DNA of 62,291 nt, filler included, from Globobulimina sp. (taxonomy: Eukaryota): assembly GCA_003354225.1 (NCBI GenBank). It is 6 parts of 6 records of this genome, joined end to end, with 100 filler letters (N's around TTAATTAATTAA, not from the genome) between each part and the next. Parts side by side here need not be neighbours in the genome. Positions count along the whole stretch, not along the records: positions 1 to 10,443 come from PIVH01000023.1; positions 10,544 to 20,895 come from PIVH01000024.1; 4 more parts are not named here. One strand, given 5' to 3'. The position numbers and the translations under genes are program-made. Below are positions 1-10,815 of this stretch, piece by piece; the first letter of the stretch is position 1, and each line of letters opens with the position of its first letter. The notes below the pieces were generated by a model that saw only the letters and a program-made list of their open reading frames with translations, was not told the DNA's origin and made no database searches.

Positions 1-1034
1 TGGACAGTCCCAAGTTCTCGAACCAGGTCTACCGGCATATCTAATTTATGAGATGATACACGTATACTTGCTGCAGTGTCCGACTTCATTTTTTGCTTCC
101 GTTTGACCTCTTTAATGTGCATCTGTTCTGCAAGGGCGGATTCAACCTTCTGATTGCTTATGATTCCGTCTTCTACGAGTAATTGACCGATTCTCTTCTG
201 TTTACCCAGTACATTTTCGATGTCTTCCTGAGCAATATATCCCCTTTCAACGAGGATTTCGCCGAGTTTTTTATATCCGCTACTGTTCTCTTTACTATCA
301 AAGCTGCCTATGGAATCTATGGTCAACTCGCAATCATCTTCAATAAATATGAAAATGTCTCTTATTGCATTTATCCCCTGACTTGTTGTTAAGAATATAT
401 CCCAGTATGTATAACAGCCCTCTGCATTAAAATATTCAAGGGTTGGTATTGCATCTGTCAAAGCGACAATCCTGCATTCGCCGAGCATGTTCAGTTCATT
501 GAGTAAATGCGCAGGGTTAATGCCCTTCATGAATATATTGTGGTCAGGTACGAATTGGATCCTGTACGTTATCTCATTTTCATCTGTCTCAGGTACGGCT
601 TCGGGCTGAGGAGTAGTTAGAGCCGGGGAGGGGGGAAGATTCGCTCTCTTTTCCTTGTCGGAGGGGAGTAGGGTTTTTAGAGAAGTTAAAATCTCCCCGG
701 CTCTTTTATTGTCAATTGAGTCAGGATTTTCCAGCAATTGGTTGATATGATCACGTGCAGAGAGGGTGAGGCTGATCAACTCTTTTGTAATGTGCATTTC
801 ACCGTTACGTACAAGGTCGAATACAGTTTCGACTTCATGGGTAAATGCTGCTATTTCATCAAAACCGAACATTGAGCCCGAACCTTTTATTGTATGCAAT
901 GCCCTGAACACGCTGCTGATCAATTCCATGTCATCCGGTCTGTCTTCAAGTTCGAGTAGAGATTCTTCAAGCTCAGTAAGCCGTTCGTATGCTTCTTCTT
1001 TAAAGACTTCTTTGTGTTGGTCCATCTTTGACAT
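1..1034 (-). CDS. cheA: Chemotaxis histidine kinase CheA, N-terminal part (Hpt, P2, start of dimerization domain); runs off the window start
   Basis: Translated by hand from ATG at 1034, with AGGAG RBS at 1040-1044: MSKMDQHKEVFKEEAYERLTELEESLLELEDRPDDMELISSVFRALHTIKGSGSMFGFD (Hpt motif FRxxHTIKG). Ends ...DKLDMPVDLVRELGTV. Absent from the ORF track, presumably because it has no stop in the window. Confidence 0.93.
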   Translation of the reverse strand, partial: MSKMDQHKEVFKEEAYERLTELEESLLELEDRPDDMELISSVFRALHTIKGSGSMFGFDEIAAFTHEVETVFDLVRNGEMHITKELISLTLSARDHINQLLENPDSIDNKRAGEILTSLKTLLPSDKEKRANLPPSPALTTPQPEAVPETDENEITYRIQFVPDHNIFMKGINPAHLLNELNMLGECRIVALTDAIPTLEYFNAEGCYTYWDIFLTTSQGINAIRDIFIFIEDDCELTIDSIGSFDSKENSSGYKKLGEILVERGYIAQEDIENVLGKQKRIGQLLVEDGIISNQKVESALAEQMHIKEVKRKQKMKSDTAASIRVSSHKLDMPVDLVRELGTV

Positions 1035-1115
1035 TATTGCTCCTATAGTGTCTTCTTATTAGTTGTTGGTTTTCCTGTAAATAATATTTGAGAAATAATT
1101 GTATTAAACATATCG

Positions 1116-1457
1116 CTAAATGCACTCAGTCCAGAGACAGGTCTCATTGCAGTCTGAGTCACACTCTATATGACGTAAAAACCCGGTCTCTTTAACGCTT
1201 GATTTAAAAGCATCAGATGTATTGGAAGACAATTTGAGAGACTTGTTATGACTTCTGAAGGTTTTGTGAGCAGAACAGAGTAGCTGAAGGCATGATGTGT
1301 CTACCTCTGTAACTTTTTCCAGATTTATAATTAGGGAGTCTGATTCTGTTGAATCACGTAATATGCTCAATAGCTCGAGGGCATTTTCTATTGTCAGCTC
1401 ACCATTGAAAACCAGTGTTTTGTCATTTACTGTTTCTTGTACTTCATAATCGAACAT
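1116..1457 (-). CDS. STAS-domain (anti-sigma antagonist-like) chemotaxis-associated protein
   Basis: LVFNGELTIENA...LIINLEKVTEVDTSCLQLL STAS signature; lies between cheY and cheA; GGAG RBS upstream. Confidence 0.88.
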   Translation of the reverse strand: MFDYEVQETVNDKTLVFNGELTIENALELLSILRDSTESDSLIINLEKVTEVDTSCLQLLCSAHKTFRSHNKSLKLSSNTSDAFKSSVKETGFLRHIECDSDCNETCLWTECI

Positions 1458-1475
1458 TAGTCTCTCCTTTTATAC

Positions 1476-1841
1476 TCAATGAACAAATTTACGAACGACC
1501 TCCAGCAGTTTATCCGGGGAGAAAGGTTTAACTATCCAGCCGCTTGCTCCGGCTGCCCTGCCTTCCTGTTTTATTGTGCCTTGTGATTCGGTCGTTAGCA
1601 TGACGACAGGCGTAAATTTGTTGGTGTCGCCTGCACGTAGTTGTTTGATCAATTCGATCCCATTCATGTTCGGCATGTTCAGGTCTGTGACCACCATGTC
1701 TACCTTTTTGCCGTTCACTTTATTAAGGGCGTCTTTGCCGTCAACTGCCGCAATGACATCATAACCGGCATCTTTTAATGCAAAGGACACGAGTTGTCTC
1801 ATTGAGGCGGAATCATCGACGATCATGATTAATTTTCCCAT
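1476..1841 (-). CDS. cheY: Single-domain response regulator CheY
   Basis: [15 protein letters not shown] (phosphoacceptor Asp), MLTTES, WIVKPF. Confidence 0.93.
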   Translation of the reverse strand: MGKLIMIVDDSASMRQLVSFALKDAGYDVIAAVDGKDALNKVNGKKVDMVVTDLNMPNMNGIELIKQLRAGDTNKFTPVVMLTTESQGTIKQEGRAAGASGWIVKPFSPDKLLEVVRKFVH

Positions 1842-3022
1842 ATTTCACACTCCTCTTCGTTATGGTTGTCTTCATCCGAAGGCAAGGTGTTTTTTAATAC
1901 CTTGCGTTCGGACTCCATTGTATACATGTTTTCAAGCCATTCGTTGTTCCCTGTGGAGTTAGCTTGATGGCCAGCTTTGTCACTATTTGCCGTACCGTTA
2001 ACGATATGGTCGAGTTCTGTCCTGAATGTATGCAATGGCTCAATGACGTGTTCAATGCGCTGTCTGGTAATGTCCTGAAACTGCATCGAGATTATGACGC
2101 TGCTGATGTCTGTTGCGAGGGTTTCAGTTTCCTTTATTAATGCACTGACCCTTTTCTCAACTTCGCTCATAGTTTCGTCTATTTTCTTCATGGCATCGTC
2201 TACTACAGTTGCTGCATTATTAAATGAGCTGTTGTTCTGAAATACATTTTTTTCAGTAGTTTCATACATGGCTTTTGTGTCTGATTCAATAGTTGAAGTT
2301 AGTTTCCTGATTTCTTCTGCGGCTATATTAGATCGTTCGGAGAGCTTTCTTACCTCGTCTGCAACAATTGCAAACCCCCGGCCATGAATTCCTGCGCGTG
2401 CTGCTTCTATTGCGGCATTAAGTGCAAGAAGATTAGTCTGTCCTGCTATGGAGCCTATTTCGTCAACTATTTTATTGACGTTTTCTGTTTGATCTATAAT
2501 GTCTTTCATGCTGGTCATGGTCTGGTTGGCTATTACGATGGATATCTGCAGGTTTTCTACTACTTCTGAAAGAGCCTTTTTGCTCAAGGAAAGAGTATCT
2601 TCATTACTATTCTCTCCGCTACTGTTGTCCATTATGCTGCAGGCGTTTTCTGACTGTTTGCGGGCCCGAGCAACTATACTCATAAAGCTGTCTCCGATCC
2701 CCATTGCAGCAGACTCGGTCTGTTGAATAACTTCCTGAAGCTGCGTGATCAGGATAGGGATTAGTTGGGACTTTTCATTAATCGTAACCGTAATACTATT
2801 CATCAGCCCTGCTGAATCCGAACTCTGAGCAAGGAGTTCTTTCTCATGTAATTCCTGCTGAGCACGGCTCTGTTTTTTAATCAGGATAACTATGATTGCA
2901 GTGGAAGTGGCAGCAAGTGCGGTGCTCACCATGACCCTCATGAAATAGTCATTTATAAGTGAAGTAGCTGCAATCAGAAATAAGATGAATCCTGCTGTTG
3001 TGTAAAGCCTCATTGTAGTCAT
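1829..3022 (-). CDS. Methyl-accepting chemotaxis protein (two short N-terminal TM helices, no large sensor domain)
   Basis: [38 protein letters not shown] hairpin tip; [14 protein letters not shown]; acidic tail ending ECEIWEN overlaps the cheY start. Confidence 0.95.
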   Translation of the reverse strand: MTTMRLYTTAGFILFLIAATSLINDYFMRVMVSTALAATSTAIIVILIKKQSRAQQELHEKELLAQSSDSAGLMNSITVTINEKSQLIPILITQLQEVIQQTESAAMGIGDSFMSIVARARKQSENACSIMDNSSGENSNEDTLSLSKKALSEVVENLQISIVIANQTMTSMKDIIDQTENVNKIVDEIGSIAGQTNLLALNAAIEAARAGIHGRGFAIVADEVRKLSERSNIAAEEIRKLTSTIESDTKAMYETTEKNVFQNNSSFNNAATVVDDAMKKIDETMSEVEKRVSALIKETETLATDISSVIISMQFQDITRQRIEHVIEPLHTFRTELDHIVNGTANSDKAGHQANSTGNNEWLENMYTMESERKVLKNTLPSDEDNHNEEECEIWEN

Positions 3023-3074
3023 GTACTGTGACCGCCTTTATGTTTTGTATTTATATTGTCACTAAAAAAATTGA

Positions 3075-3740
3075 TCATACAGGTATCAGTCCTTCCCGGA
3101 TTGCGTATTTGGTCAGAGTGACGACATTGCTGATATTCAGTTTATCCATGAGACTTCTTCGATATGTCTCCACGGTTCTACTGTTAATATTTAGAAGAGA
3201 GGCGATTTCCTTCTTTGATTTACCTTCGGCAATATATTGAAATAGATTCTGTTCACTCTCCGTTAATGATGAGAATGCCGGATAATGTGATGCTGCAGGT
3301 TTGCTAATAAAGCTGTTGACCATAACCCCGGTCACTTCTGCACTCAGGTACGTGTTATTACTGTTTACTATGGAAACTGCAAGTGAAATGTCTTTGCAGC
3401 TGCTGTTCTTGAGCAGGTATCCCGATGCACCGGCCTTGAAGATTCCCAGGGTGTACTGGATATCGAGACTGTTTGAAAGGGCTATTACTTTTATGCGGGG
3501 AATGGTCTCTTTAATTTTAGCTATGAGATCTTTGCCGTATAAATCCGGCATCATCAGGCATGTGATTAATACGTCAGGAGACATTTCCATAGCCAGGTGT
3601 ATAGCGGTATTCCCGTCGCGAGCTTGTCCGACCACTTCTATGTCATCTATATCTTCAGTGTCATATTGCTTTTCCATTAACATGGATATGCTGGTACGAA
3701 ATAATGCATCAGTATCTGCGATGACAACTTTAATACTCAT
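3075..3740 (-). CDS. NarL/LuxR-family response regulator (REC + HTH); probable true start MSIKVVIAD at 3740
   Basis: IKVVIAD...EVVGQARDG...AGASGYLLK; HTH GKSKKEIASLLNINSRTVETYRRSLMDKL; AAAGGA RBS at 3751-3756. Confidence 0.9.
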   Translation of the reverse strand: MSIKVVIADTDALFRTSISMLMEKQYDTEDIDDIEVVGQARDGNTAIHLAMEMSPDVLITCLMMPDLYGKDLIAKIKETIPRIKVIALSNSLDIQYTLGIFKAGASGYLLKNSSCKDISLAVSIVNSNNTYLSAEVTGVMVNSFISKPAASHYPAFSSLTESEQNLFQYIAEGKSKKEIASLLNINSRTVETYRRSLMDKLNISNVVTLTKYAIREGLIPV

Positions 3741-3744
3741 TAAA

Positions 3745-6700
3745 CTATCGTCCTTTGTATAGCTTTGTGCCACATTCATCAACAAAAGAGACACCACTTA
3801 AGCGATATAAAAAGATAAGAGCCTGAAAACAATTTGATTGTGATAATAATGACCATTTACTATTTTCAAATGGGTCCGGCAATAAAATGATAGGTGTTGC
3901 AGTATTATGATACGAACCGGATGGACAATAATAATATTTTGGACATGTGATTGGTATTTGACCATCACTGTGACCCTGGCCATTGCATAAATAACCAGCG
4001 GGACATAAAATAGCATATTGATTGATCGGAATTGTATTCTCATGACATACAAAACCAGGCGGACAGGGATTATCAAATTGTGTTTCAACAAAGGTTCCAT
4101 AATCACAAACATAGCCACTTAAACATGGACTGGTGGTCGATATGTTATATATGCCATTGGAGCCACAGACTCTTCCTTGCGGACATTTATCACATAGTGT
4201 TTCATCCGATATTCGCGAATCTGGCGACCAAAACCCATTGCCTCCATCACATCCAATACAAAATACAGTCTCATCATTGTTTCGATAATATCCTTTATTG
4301 CATTGTTTGGGTGTGGTGGAATTTTCTTTTGTATTCATAAAACCCGATGGTGTAATTGAACATATTTGACTTTGGTAATCTGGCGCAAAGGAACGTGGAG
4401 CACACGGTTGCTGCATAAACGATTCATTTAATTCTACAAAATAGCCGGGATCTGCGATATATAAAGTGTTATTATTACAATATGTTCCATGTTTACATGG
4501 CTCATTAATAATACTGTTATTATTGCCAATATGACATATAAATCCTAACGGACATAATAAATGTATGCCACCTAAATCTAATATATTATCAATATTCTCG
4601 TTATGGTATGGCGTAATCATATGTGGTACAGGACATATCGATGATGTTCCTCCTAAATCACATGGTAAACAATATTGTTGCTGCGTGTATGGATTATATG
4701 TATCTAATCGACAAAATTCATAATAGGTCATTCCTAAAAATGGGCACTGTGTGGCCTGTGGACATTCAATTATTGCATCATCCAAACCATTGCAATATGA
4801 GCCAACTGGGCATCGAGTCGCATCGTGTGGCAATACAGATGTTTCTGTACAAAAATAAGCCAAATAACAAGGATGTTCTAAACCAATCACAAATTCATCA
4901 AAATCAAATTTATTGATTAAAGAACTATTTGTTGCTGAATATGACCATGTTTTATTACTATGCCAGACTGGAAAAGTTGATCTAAAATTAAATACATATT
5001 CGGAGGTAAATTGCGTTGGTTGGCAAAATACAAATGATTTATTATAGTTATATGATTCGGATAAAACCAATATTAAATTCCAATAAACAAATAAATCATA
5101 ATATTGTTTCTGTGATGCGAGGGCTTGAACGATCGATATATTATAACACGAACTATTACTTTGTAATTGCGGAATAAAGCAATCATAATTTCCTTTATGT
5201 TGAAATAATACATTTGAATGATTGCCAAAATCAACCAAACTCCACTGGTTTGCAGTGCCAATGGAAATACTTATACATTGTGTATTTGTTGATAAATTTT
5301 TATATTTTCCAGTTAAAACTAAGGTATTATTCCATAAATCAAATGCATTGTAATAAATATTATCAATTGCAATGGTATTGATATCGCATACTTGTGATGG
5401 CGGACAATCAATAATCGGTGCATCCATTCCAAATTCTGAACATATTTTCCCTTCTGGACATGACAAAATATTTATGCCATTTGGACAGTAAAATGCAGGA
5501 AAACAATCGGTACATTTATGATCAAATAGAAATTGTCCAGGCATACAAATAGTAATATTTGTAATTGTTTGCAGATTATGTATGTAATATAGAAGCTGTA
5601 CAATTTGTAAAGGTTGACTCCATCGCACATCATTTGTAGTGACTGAGAGCTGAAAAACAATTTGTTTAATTTTAATAATATTTGTAAATGGCAATGGACA
5701 GATTATTGTCTCGTTATTGAGATGTATTGCTCGTATTTGATATAAAGCATCTCCATATCCACAAATTGTATCATCGGTAAGATATAAACCATTAATAACC
5801 AATGAATTGTTATAATCGTAATACATTTTTGTAATTTGTGGATCATATCGAACATTATATGTGATATTAAATTGAGTCGATTCTCTATCATATCCAATAA
5901 TAATTTGTAAATAATAAAGCGTATATATGGATTGTGGTGGTTTTACAATGCAAATTACCGAAGTATTTGATATGGATTTTGCAGCAATTATCCATGTTTT
6001 ATTTGTTGCAATTTGTATAAATTTGCAATGTGGATTTATAAACTGATAAAAGTGTGTACCGACAATGGTTATTTCAGGCGAAATATTAAATTCTTCAATG
6101 GGTAATATTGCAGTCGGTCCTTCATCGGTTGATAATGATACGATTAAAGGCTCAGAAATGACAATTAATCCATGACTCCATACTGACGATATTATCTCTT
6201 CAGTCTCAGTGTGCGTCAACCAAAATTTTAGCCTTTCATCGCCAAAATGTGCCAATAGAGGAGTCACACAACTTATATTTGTTACATTTAATGAATGATC
6301 AAAAGAAATATTCGAGGACACATAAGTAAAATTAGTATCAAAATTACAGATTATTTCTTGATAAAATAATAATATATTTCCAATCACTGAGATTATTATC
6401 TCTGTGGCTTGATTCTCAATGATTATATCTGGATAAATATTATTTATTGAAATATGTGGATTATATAAAATTTCTAAATAATTGAATGGTGCGGTGACAC
6501 CATTTGATAATACTCCAACTTGTAAAGTTTGACTAATTCCACTCTTTGGTATTAAACAAGAAATACGTGTTGAATTGAGATAGGTTGCCACAACATATTG
6601 TTTCTCTAAATTATCGCCAATGAATTCGCATAAAATACCATTTAAATGCGGGAAATGCATTGATGTCACTATGATATCAGTCTCATTATCTGTATTCAAC

Positions 6701-9700
6701 GAAAAATAGAGAGGCTCTACAGATACAATTGCGGAATAAACGTAATAGGTAAAATTCGTCAAATTATACCACTTTTGAAAATCTTGAGTAATGGCGATAT
6801 TTATAGTTTCCTCCACATCAAATCTATCCATTGGAGAGGACGAATGCAATTTACATTCAATAATATGCCGATTGTGATATATTGCAAATGATAATACATT
6901 ATCAAGAAAGCAATAAATGTTAATGGAATTAATAAATGCATTGTTTGATTTTATAAAAATTGATTTTGGATCATTGAAAATGTCACCTTTTGGATAATAA
7001 TCAAAATTACTTAAAATTGCATTATTCAAATCGTTCAAGTATGCAAATGAATATTTATTTAGGGTCCAATCCTCGCCATTAAATCTAACTTGAATAGAAA
7101 CATTTGATCGATTTCCACCCACTAAGGTTGCATTTGGTGTTTTTATTTTTAACGTATTCGAATCAATAAAAATGGTGTCATTCTGCGAAACAATATAATC
7201 ATTAAATCGACATTGCAACTTAACTAAGTTTGAATTCTTTTGGAAGGAAAATCCAGAAATTGTGATATAACTGTTTTGTTCGGTGGTATTTGGATAAATT
7301 CTGTGAATTGCAGCATTTTCAAAAGATACAGTGTTGATATTCATATTATCAATGCCATCAAATATAACATGACGACCAGGTATCCGCACCTCAATGGAAA
7401 TATTTACATCTTTAACACGGAGATAATGAGAAGTTGGTGCTGGCCATGGACATTTTATTGTAATTGAATCAACGATAATTGCATTCATTAATATCGTATA
7501 TGGTTTGAACATATCATTAAATCGGCAATAAATATAATTTGTCCATATGCTTGTAAATAATGAGGAGGTTAACGTAATATTTTTTTTATATGTACTGATT
7601 GGATAAATGATAGAAGGAAATGGATTGATAAATTCAAATGGTTGAATATCAGGCTCAACAGTAAAATTAACATATGTTTGATTCCAAAATTGTGTTCCAC
7701 CAATTGTCAAATTAAAAATATCATTACTTAAAGATGTTGGAACATCACATAACAATTTAGATGAAGATACATAAATAGCTGGCGATGCAATTTGCAGATT
7801 GAATAAACAATTTAAGTCCGTGCTTAATCTGAAGTTTTCTCCATTAATTGTTATTGGCGGCGTTGAATCAGTGGAACCACCAATAATTCCTAAAGGTTCA
7901 ATTGTAAATATATTGGGCGTGGCTAAATACATAAATTTATTCCGATTGTATGTGATTGATTTGTTATGTATTGATGTTTTATGATCAATGCCAACTTCAA
8001 CATCAATTATTACATCATAATTAATGTTATTATAGGATGGTAATGGCGGTACTATGCAAATCATGTGCGTGTCATTAATAATTGTATATGAAATTGATGT
8101 GATATTATCAAAATAACAATGTTTTGCAATGTCTAAATTTTTACCTTGAAGAAAAAGCGTATATCCACCGGCTGAGGGTCCTTCAGTTGGAAATATTGAA
8201 TAAATTATTGGTGTATATAACAATTCAAATTCAAACATTGTTGCAACAAAGAAATAGTAATTTGCTGCAAATTCTAAAGAAAATGATAAATTCTGTTCAA
8301 AGATGGATATAAATGGTATGGTGCACATTGCAATGGATGAATTTAATAAAATTAGATTTACGCTGAAATTATTATTATTAAAAATGCATTGTGGTGATAT
8401 ATTTGGTAATGATATATTAATTGAATCCATTTGGAAATAAATATCTGTAAACCCCACAGTGGCGCCTCTCAACGTTTTAGTTAGCGATTTTGCTTTAAAT
8501 TTGTATATTGTTAAATTATTTGATACTGATAAACCATTATCATTACTCACTGCAATATCTAATCTTACATCATATGGATAGATTGGACATTTTACCAAAT
8601 TGTCACTTAACCAAAATGCTGATACATTTTGTAATGATGATGTTATGCAAATTAAATCTTTAGAATTGATAAAATTTGAGCCAGAAATATAAACATTACA
8701 AAAATATTCATCCCAAACAACAGAATAATTTGTGATTACTGGCGTAGATATGTTATATATTGGTGCGGATACATTATTTGATACATTGCTCGATAATACA
8801 TTATGTATAATTATGTAATATGTATTTCTCGAATATCTAATATTTCCATCCCAGAATACTGTCGATATCGATAACTTAATATCAGTGTTATTGTTATTGT
8901 TATCATATGAAAATATATCACATTCAAAACTATTTGCATTAATAATGTTTGCTCTATAAATCGAATTTCCGTTTATTTTACAATAAAATGTAAAAATACT
9001 ATCATTTGCAGGGCATTTAAATCCGATTGTTGGTGATGTAATGTTTGTAGTTAATAAAGAATAATTAGAACATAAATCTTCTCTGGTTGTAAATGTCATT
9101 TTGGTGATGGTTTGATTATTGGTAATTGATGGTGATGATGATGACGATATGATTTGTGGGCCGATAAAATATGTAAAATCTATTGCTTGAGTATAATTTG
9201 GTGATGATTCATTTAGATAAACATAATATTGTTCAATTGTATTTATTTGTTTGTCCTCAATCAATTGTAAGGTGGTTTCATTATCAATTTCATCGTTTTC
9301 ATACAAATCTAATTCAACAAAAACAGAGTTATTGGAATTACTTAATTTTATTGAAATATTTCGCATCAACAAATAGGAAGCAAATGTTTCAACATCACAT
9401 TGTATAATTGATGAATTGATAAAATATGACGGTATCACTATGGAATAATAATCATTAATTATTAATACACATTGAATAAAATATTCTCTTTGCATATTTA
9501 ATCCGTAAACAGTTGTTATTCCGTTTTGATACATAGCATCAATTAAAAAGCTGTCATAGCCATAGCTAGCAGGAACATTACTTATTGCATCCATAAATTG
9601 AGGATAGTCGGTAATATATATAGAACCGATGGATATAATGGACTGATTCATTGATATTTCAATTGTATTTATTCCAATTGGTACGAATTCAAATTGACAT

Positions 9701-10386
9701 AACAACATTGTTGAACAATTATAAATAGCCTCTTCAATCCAATATTGATTAAATATGCATTTATAATTTGTTGAGAGACTAAAATCACCAATAATTTGTA
9801 TTTTATGCATTTTGCCATCATGGAAATAATTAAAGTCATCAATGTGAAGTGAATAATAATTGTAATCATAATGAGTGACGTTTGTAGTGGCTGATAACGT
9901 TACATTTGTTGCATTTGCATTTATAGCGAAGACATCGAATATTAATGGCTGTGTAATATGCTCATTAACCATTAAAAATAATTTAACATTACCTTCGATA
10001 TTTGAATAGAATGGACATTGCGCAAATGTTGAATTAATAATATTTAATTTTGTGGATTTGGTTGAATTAAAAATGCAAATTACTTTTAATGATAATAAAC
10101 TATCAAAATTAGTTCCTGTTAATCCTATCAAAGTATTTCTATTTATTGATGTTGAGGTTGGTGTAATAGAAATAAATGTTGGTAATAAAAGAGTGGTTAT
10201 ATTCGCATTCATGACATAACCATTGATGGTCGATTCGAATCTACATAAAATTTGTGTGTGATTGATAAATAATGCTAAATTCTCTCCACACCACTCATTT
10301 GCACTAAAATCAAATCCAAAAACTTGAATAAATATATTATTTCCAATTAATACATCCGTTGGTGCCAAATTAGAAATATTATACAT
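3745..10386 (-). CDS. Large eukaryotic surface protein with many IPT/TIG repeats and C-terminal Cys-rich (GCC2/GCC3, ephrin-receptor-like) repeats; probably incomplete at both ends
   Basis: Repeated I.P..G...GG..I.I.G.NF....C.F.....A...S...I.C..P units, followed by CP.G.YC repeats. Very AT-rich. The last ~35 codons probably read into the bacterial upstream region. Confidence 0.8.
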   Translation of the reverse strand: MYNISNLAPTDVLIGNNIFIQVFGFDFSANEWCGENLALFINHTQILCRFESTINGYVMNANITTLLLPTFISITPTSTSINRNTLIGLTGTNFDSLLSLKVICIFNSTKSTKLNIINSTFAQCPFYSNIEGNVKLFLMVNEHITQPLIFDVFAINANATNVTLSATTNVTHYDYNYYSLHIDDFNYFHDGKMHKIQIIGDFSLSTNYKCIFNQYWIEEAIYNCSTMLLCQFEFVPIGINTIEISMNQSIISIGSIYITDYPQFMDAISNVPASYGYDSFLIDAMYQNGITTVYGLNMQREYFIQCVLIINDYYSIVIPSYFINSSIIQCDVETFASYLLMRNISIKLSNSNNSVFVELDLYENDEIDNETTLQLIEDKQINTIEQYYVYLNESSPNYTQAIDFTYFIGPQIISSSSSPSITNNQTITKMTFTTREDLCSNYSLLTTNITSPTIGFKCPANDSIFTFYCKINGNSIYRANIINANSFECDIFSYDNNNNNTDIKLSISTVFWDGNIRYSRNTYYIIIHNVLSSNVSNNVSAPIYNISTPVITNYSVVWDEYFCNVYISGSNFINSKDLICITSSLQNVSAFWLSDNLVKCPIYPYDVRLDIAVSNDNGLSVSNNLTIYKFKAKSLTKTLRGATVGFTDIYFQMDSINISLPNISPQCIFNNNNFSVNLILLNSSIAMCTIPFISIFEQNLSFSLEFAANYYFFVATMFEFELLYTPIIYSIFPTEGPSAGGYTLFLQGKNLDIAKHCYFDNITSISYTIINDTHMICIVPPLPSYNNINYDVIIDVEVGIDHKTSIHNKSITYNRNKFMYLATPNIFTIEPLGIIGGSTDSTPPITINGENFRLSTDLNCLFNLQIASPAIYVSSSKLLCDVPTSLSNDIFNLTIGGTQFWNQTYVNFTVEPDIQPFEFINPFPSIIYPISTYKKNITLTSSLFTSIWTNYIYCRFNDMFKPYTILMNAIIVDSITIKCPWPAPTSHYLRVKDVNISIEVRIPGRHVIFDGIDNMNINTVSFENAAIHRIYPNTTEQNSYITISGFSFQKNSNLVKLQCRFNDYIVSQNDTIFIDSNTLKIKTPNATLVGGNRSNVSIQVRFNGEDWTLNKYSFAYLNDLNNAILSNFDYYPKGDIFNDPKSIFIKSNNAFINSINIYCFLDNVLSFAIYHNRHIIECKLHSSSPMDRFDVEETINIAITQDFQKWYNLTNFTYYVYSAIVSVEPLYFSLNTDNETDIIVTSMHFPHLNGILCEFIGDNLEKQYVVATYLNSTRISCLIPKSGISQTLQVGVLSNGVTAPFNYLEILYNPHISINNIYPDIIIENQATEIIISVIGNILLFYQEIICNFDTNFTYVSSNISFDHSLNVTNISCVTPLLAHFGDERLKFWLTHTETEEIISSVWSHGLIVISEPLIVSLSTDEGPTAILPIEEFNISPEITIVGTHFYQFINPHCKFIQIATNKTWIIAAKSISNTSVICIVKPPQSIYTLYYLQIIIGYDRESTQFNITYNVRYDPQITKMYYDYNNSLVINGLYLTDDTICGYGDALYQIRAIHLNNETIICPLPFTNIIKIKQIVFQLSVTTNDVRWSQPLQIVQLLYYIHNLQTITNITICMPGQFLFDHKCTDCFPAFYCPNGINILSCPEGKICSEFGMDAPIIDCPPSQVCDINTIAIDNIYYNAFDLWNNTLVLTGKYKNLSTNTQCISISIGTANQWSLVDFGNHSNVLFQHKGNYDCFIPQLQSNSSCYNISIVQALASQKQYYDLFVYWNLILVLSESYNYNKSFVFCQPTQFTSEYVFNFRSTFPVWHSNKTWSYSATNSSLINKFDFDEFVIGLEHPCYLAYFCTETSVLPHDATRCPVGSYCNGLDDAIIECPQATQCPFLGMTYYEFCRLDTYNPYTQQQYCLPCDLGGTSSICPVPHMITPYHNENIDNILDLGGIHLLCPLGFICHIGNNNSIINEPCKHGTYCNNNTLYIADPGYFVELNESFMQQPCAPRSFAPDYQSQICSITPSGFMNTKENSTTPKQCNKGYYRNNDETVFCIGCDGGNGFWSPDSRISDETLCDKCPQGRVCGSNGIYNISTTSPCLSGYVCDYGTFVETQFDNPCPPGFVCHENTIPINQYAILCPAGYLCNGQGHSDGQIPITCPKYYYCPSGSYHNTATPIILLPDPFENSKWSLLSQSNCFQALIFLYRLSGVSFVDECGTKLYKGR

Positions 10387-10443
10387 TGTGTTGTTGGAAA
10401 TTATTGCATTGGATATATTGGTATCATAATATGTGAATAATTT

Positions 10444-10543
10444 NNNNNNNNNNNNNNNNNNNNNNNNNNNNNNNNNNNNNNNNNNNNTTAATTAATTAAN
10501 NNNNNNNNNNNNNNNNNNNNNNNNNNNNNNNNNNNNNNNNNNN
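10444..10543. other. Artificial contig linker
   Basis: 44 N + TTAATTAATTAA (stops in all six frames) + 44 N. Confidence 0.99.
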
Positions 10544-10815
10544 AATATAAATAATTCAACATATATTCGCGTTTTGAAAGTTTGAATGGCAGCCATTATA
10601 AAATATATAAATGCGCAGAGATTTTCACTTAAGTCTGACAAGAAAAGAAAGAATGTCGACCTAGAAACAATTAAAACCTCCATCACTTCACTTCAGTTAG
10701 ACTTACAACAAAAACGCTGCAGTTTTATGGAATAAAATACTAAACTTTCCTAAGTTCTCCCCCTTACATTACTTCAGCAGCCATACCCTCGCTCTCGATT
10801 TCTTCACAGTGCCTA

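Noticed and set aside
1-60. Non-consensus CheA residues (MPVDLVRELG) as a special variant
   Set aside because: They sit at the extreme contig edge, where base errors are likely, so they cannot be interpreted.
183-3762. Plus-strand ORFs at 183, 766, 1576, 2384, 2499, 3028 and 3301
   Set aside because: They are antisense shadows of the minus-strand chemotaxis and regulator genes, with no motifs.
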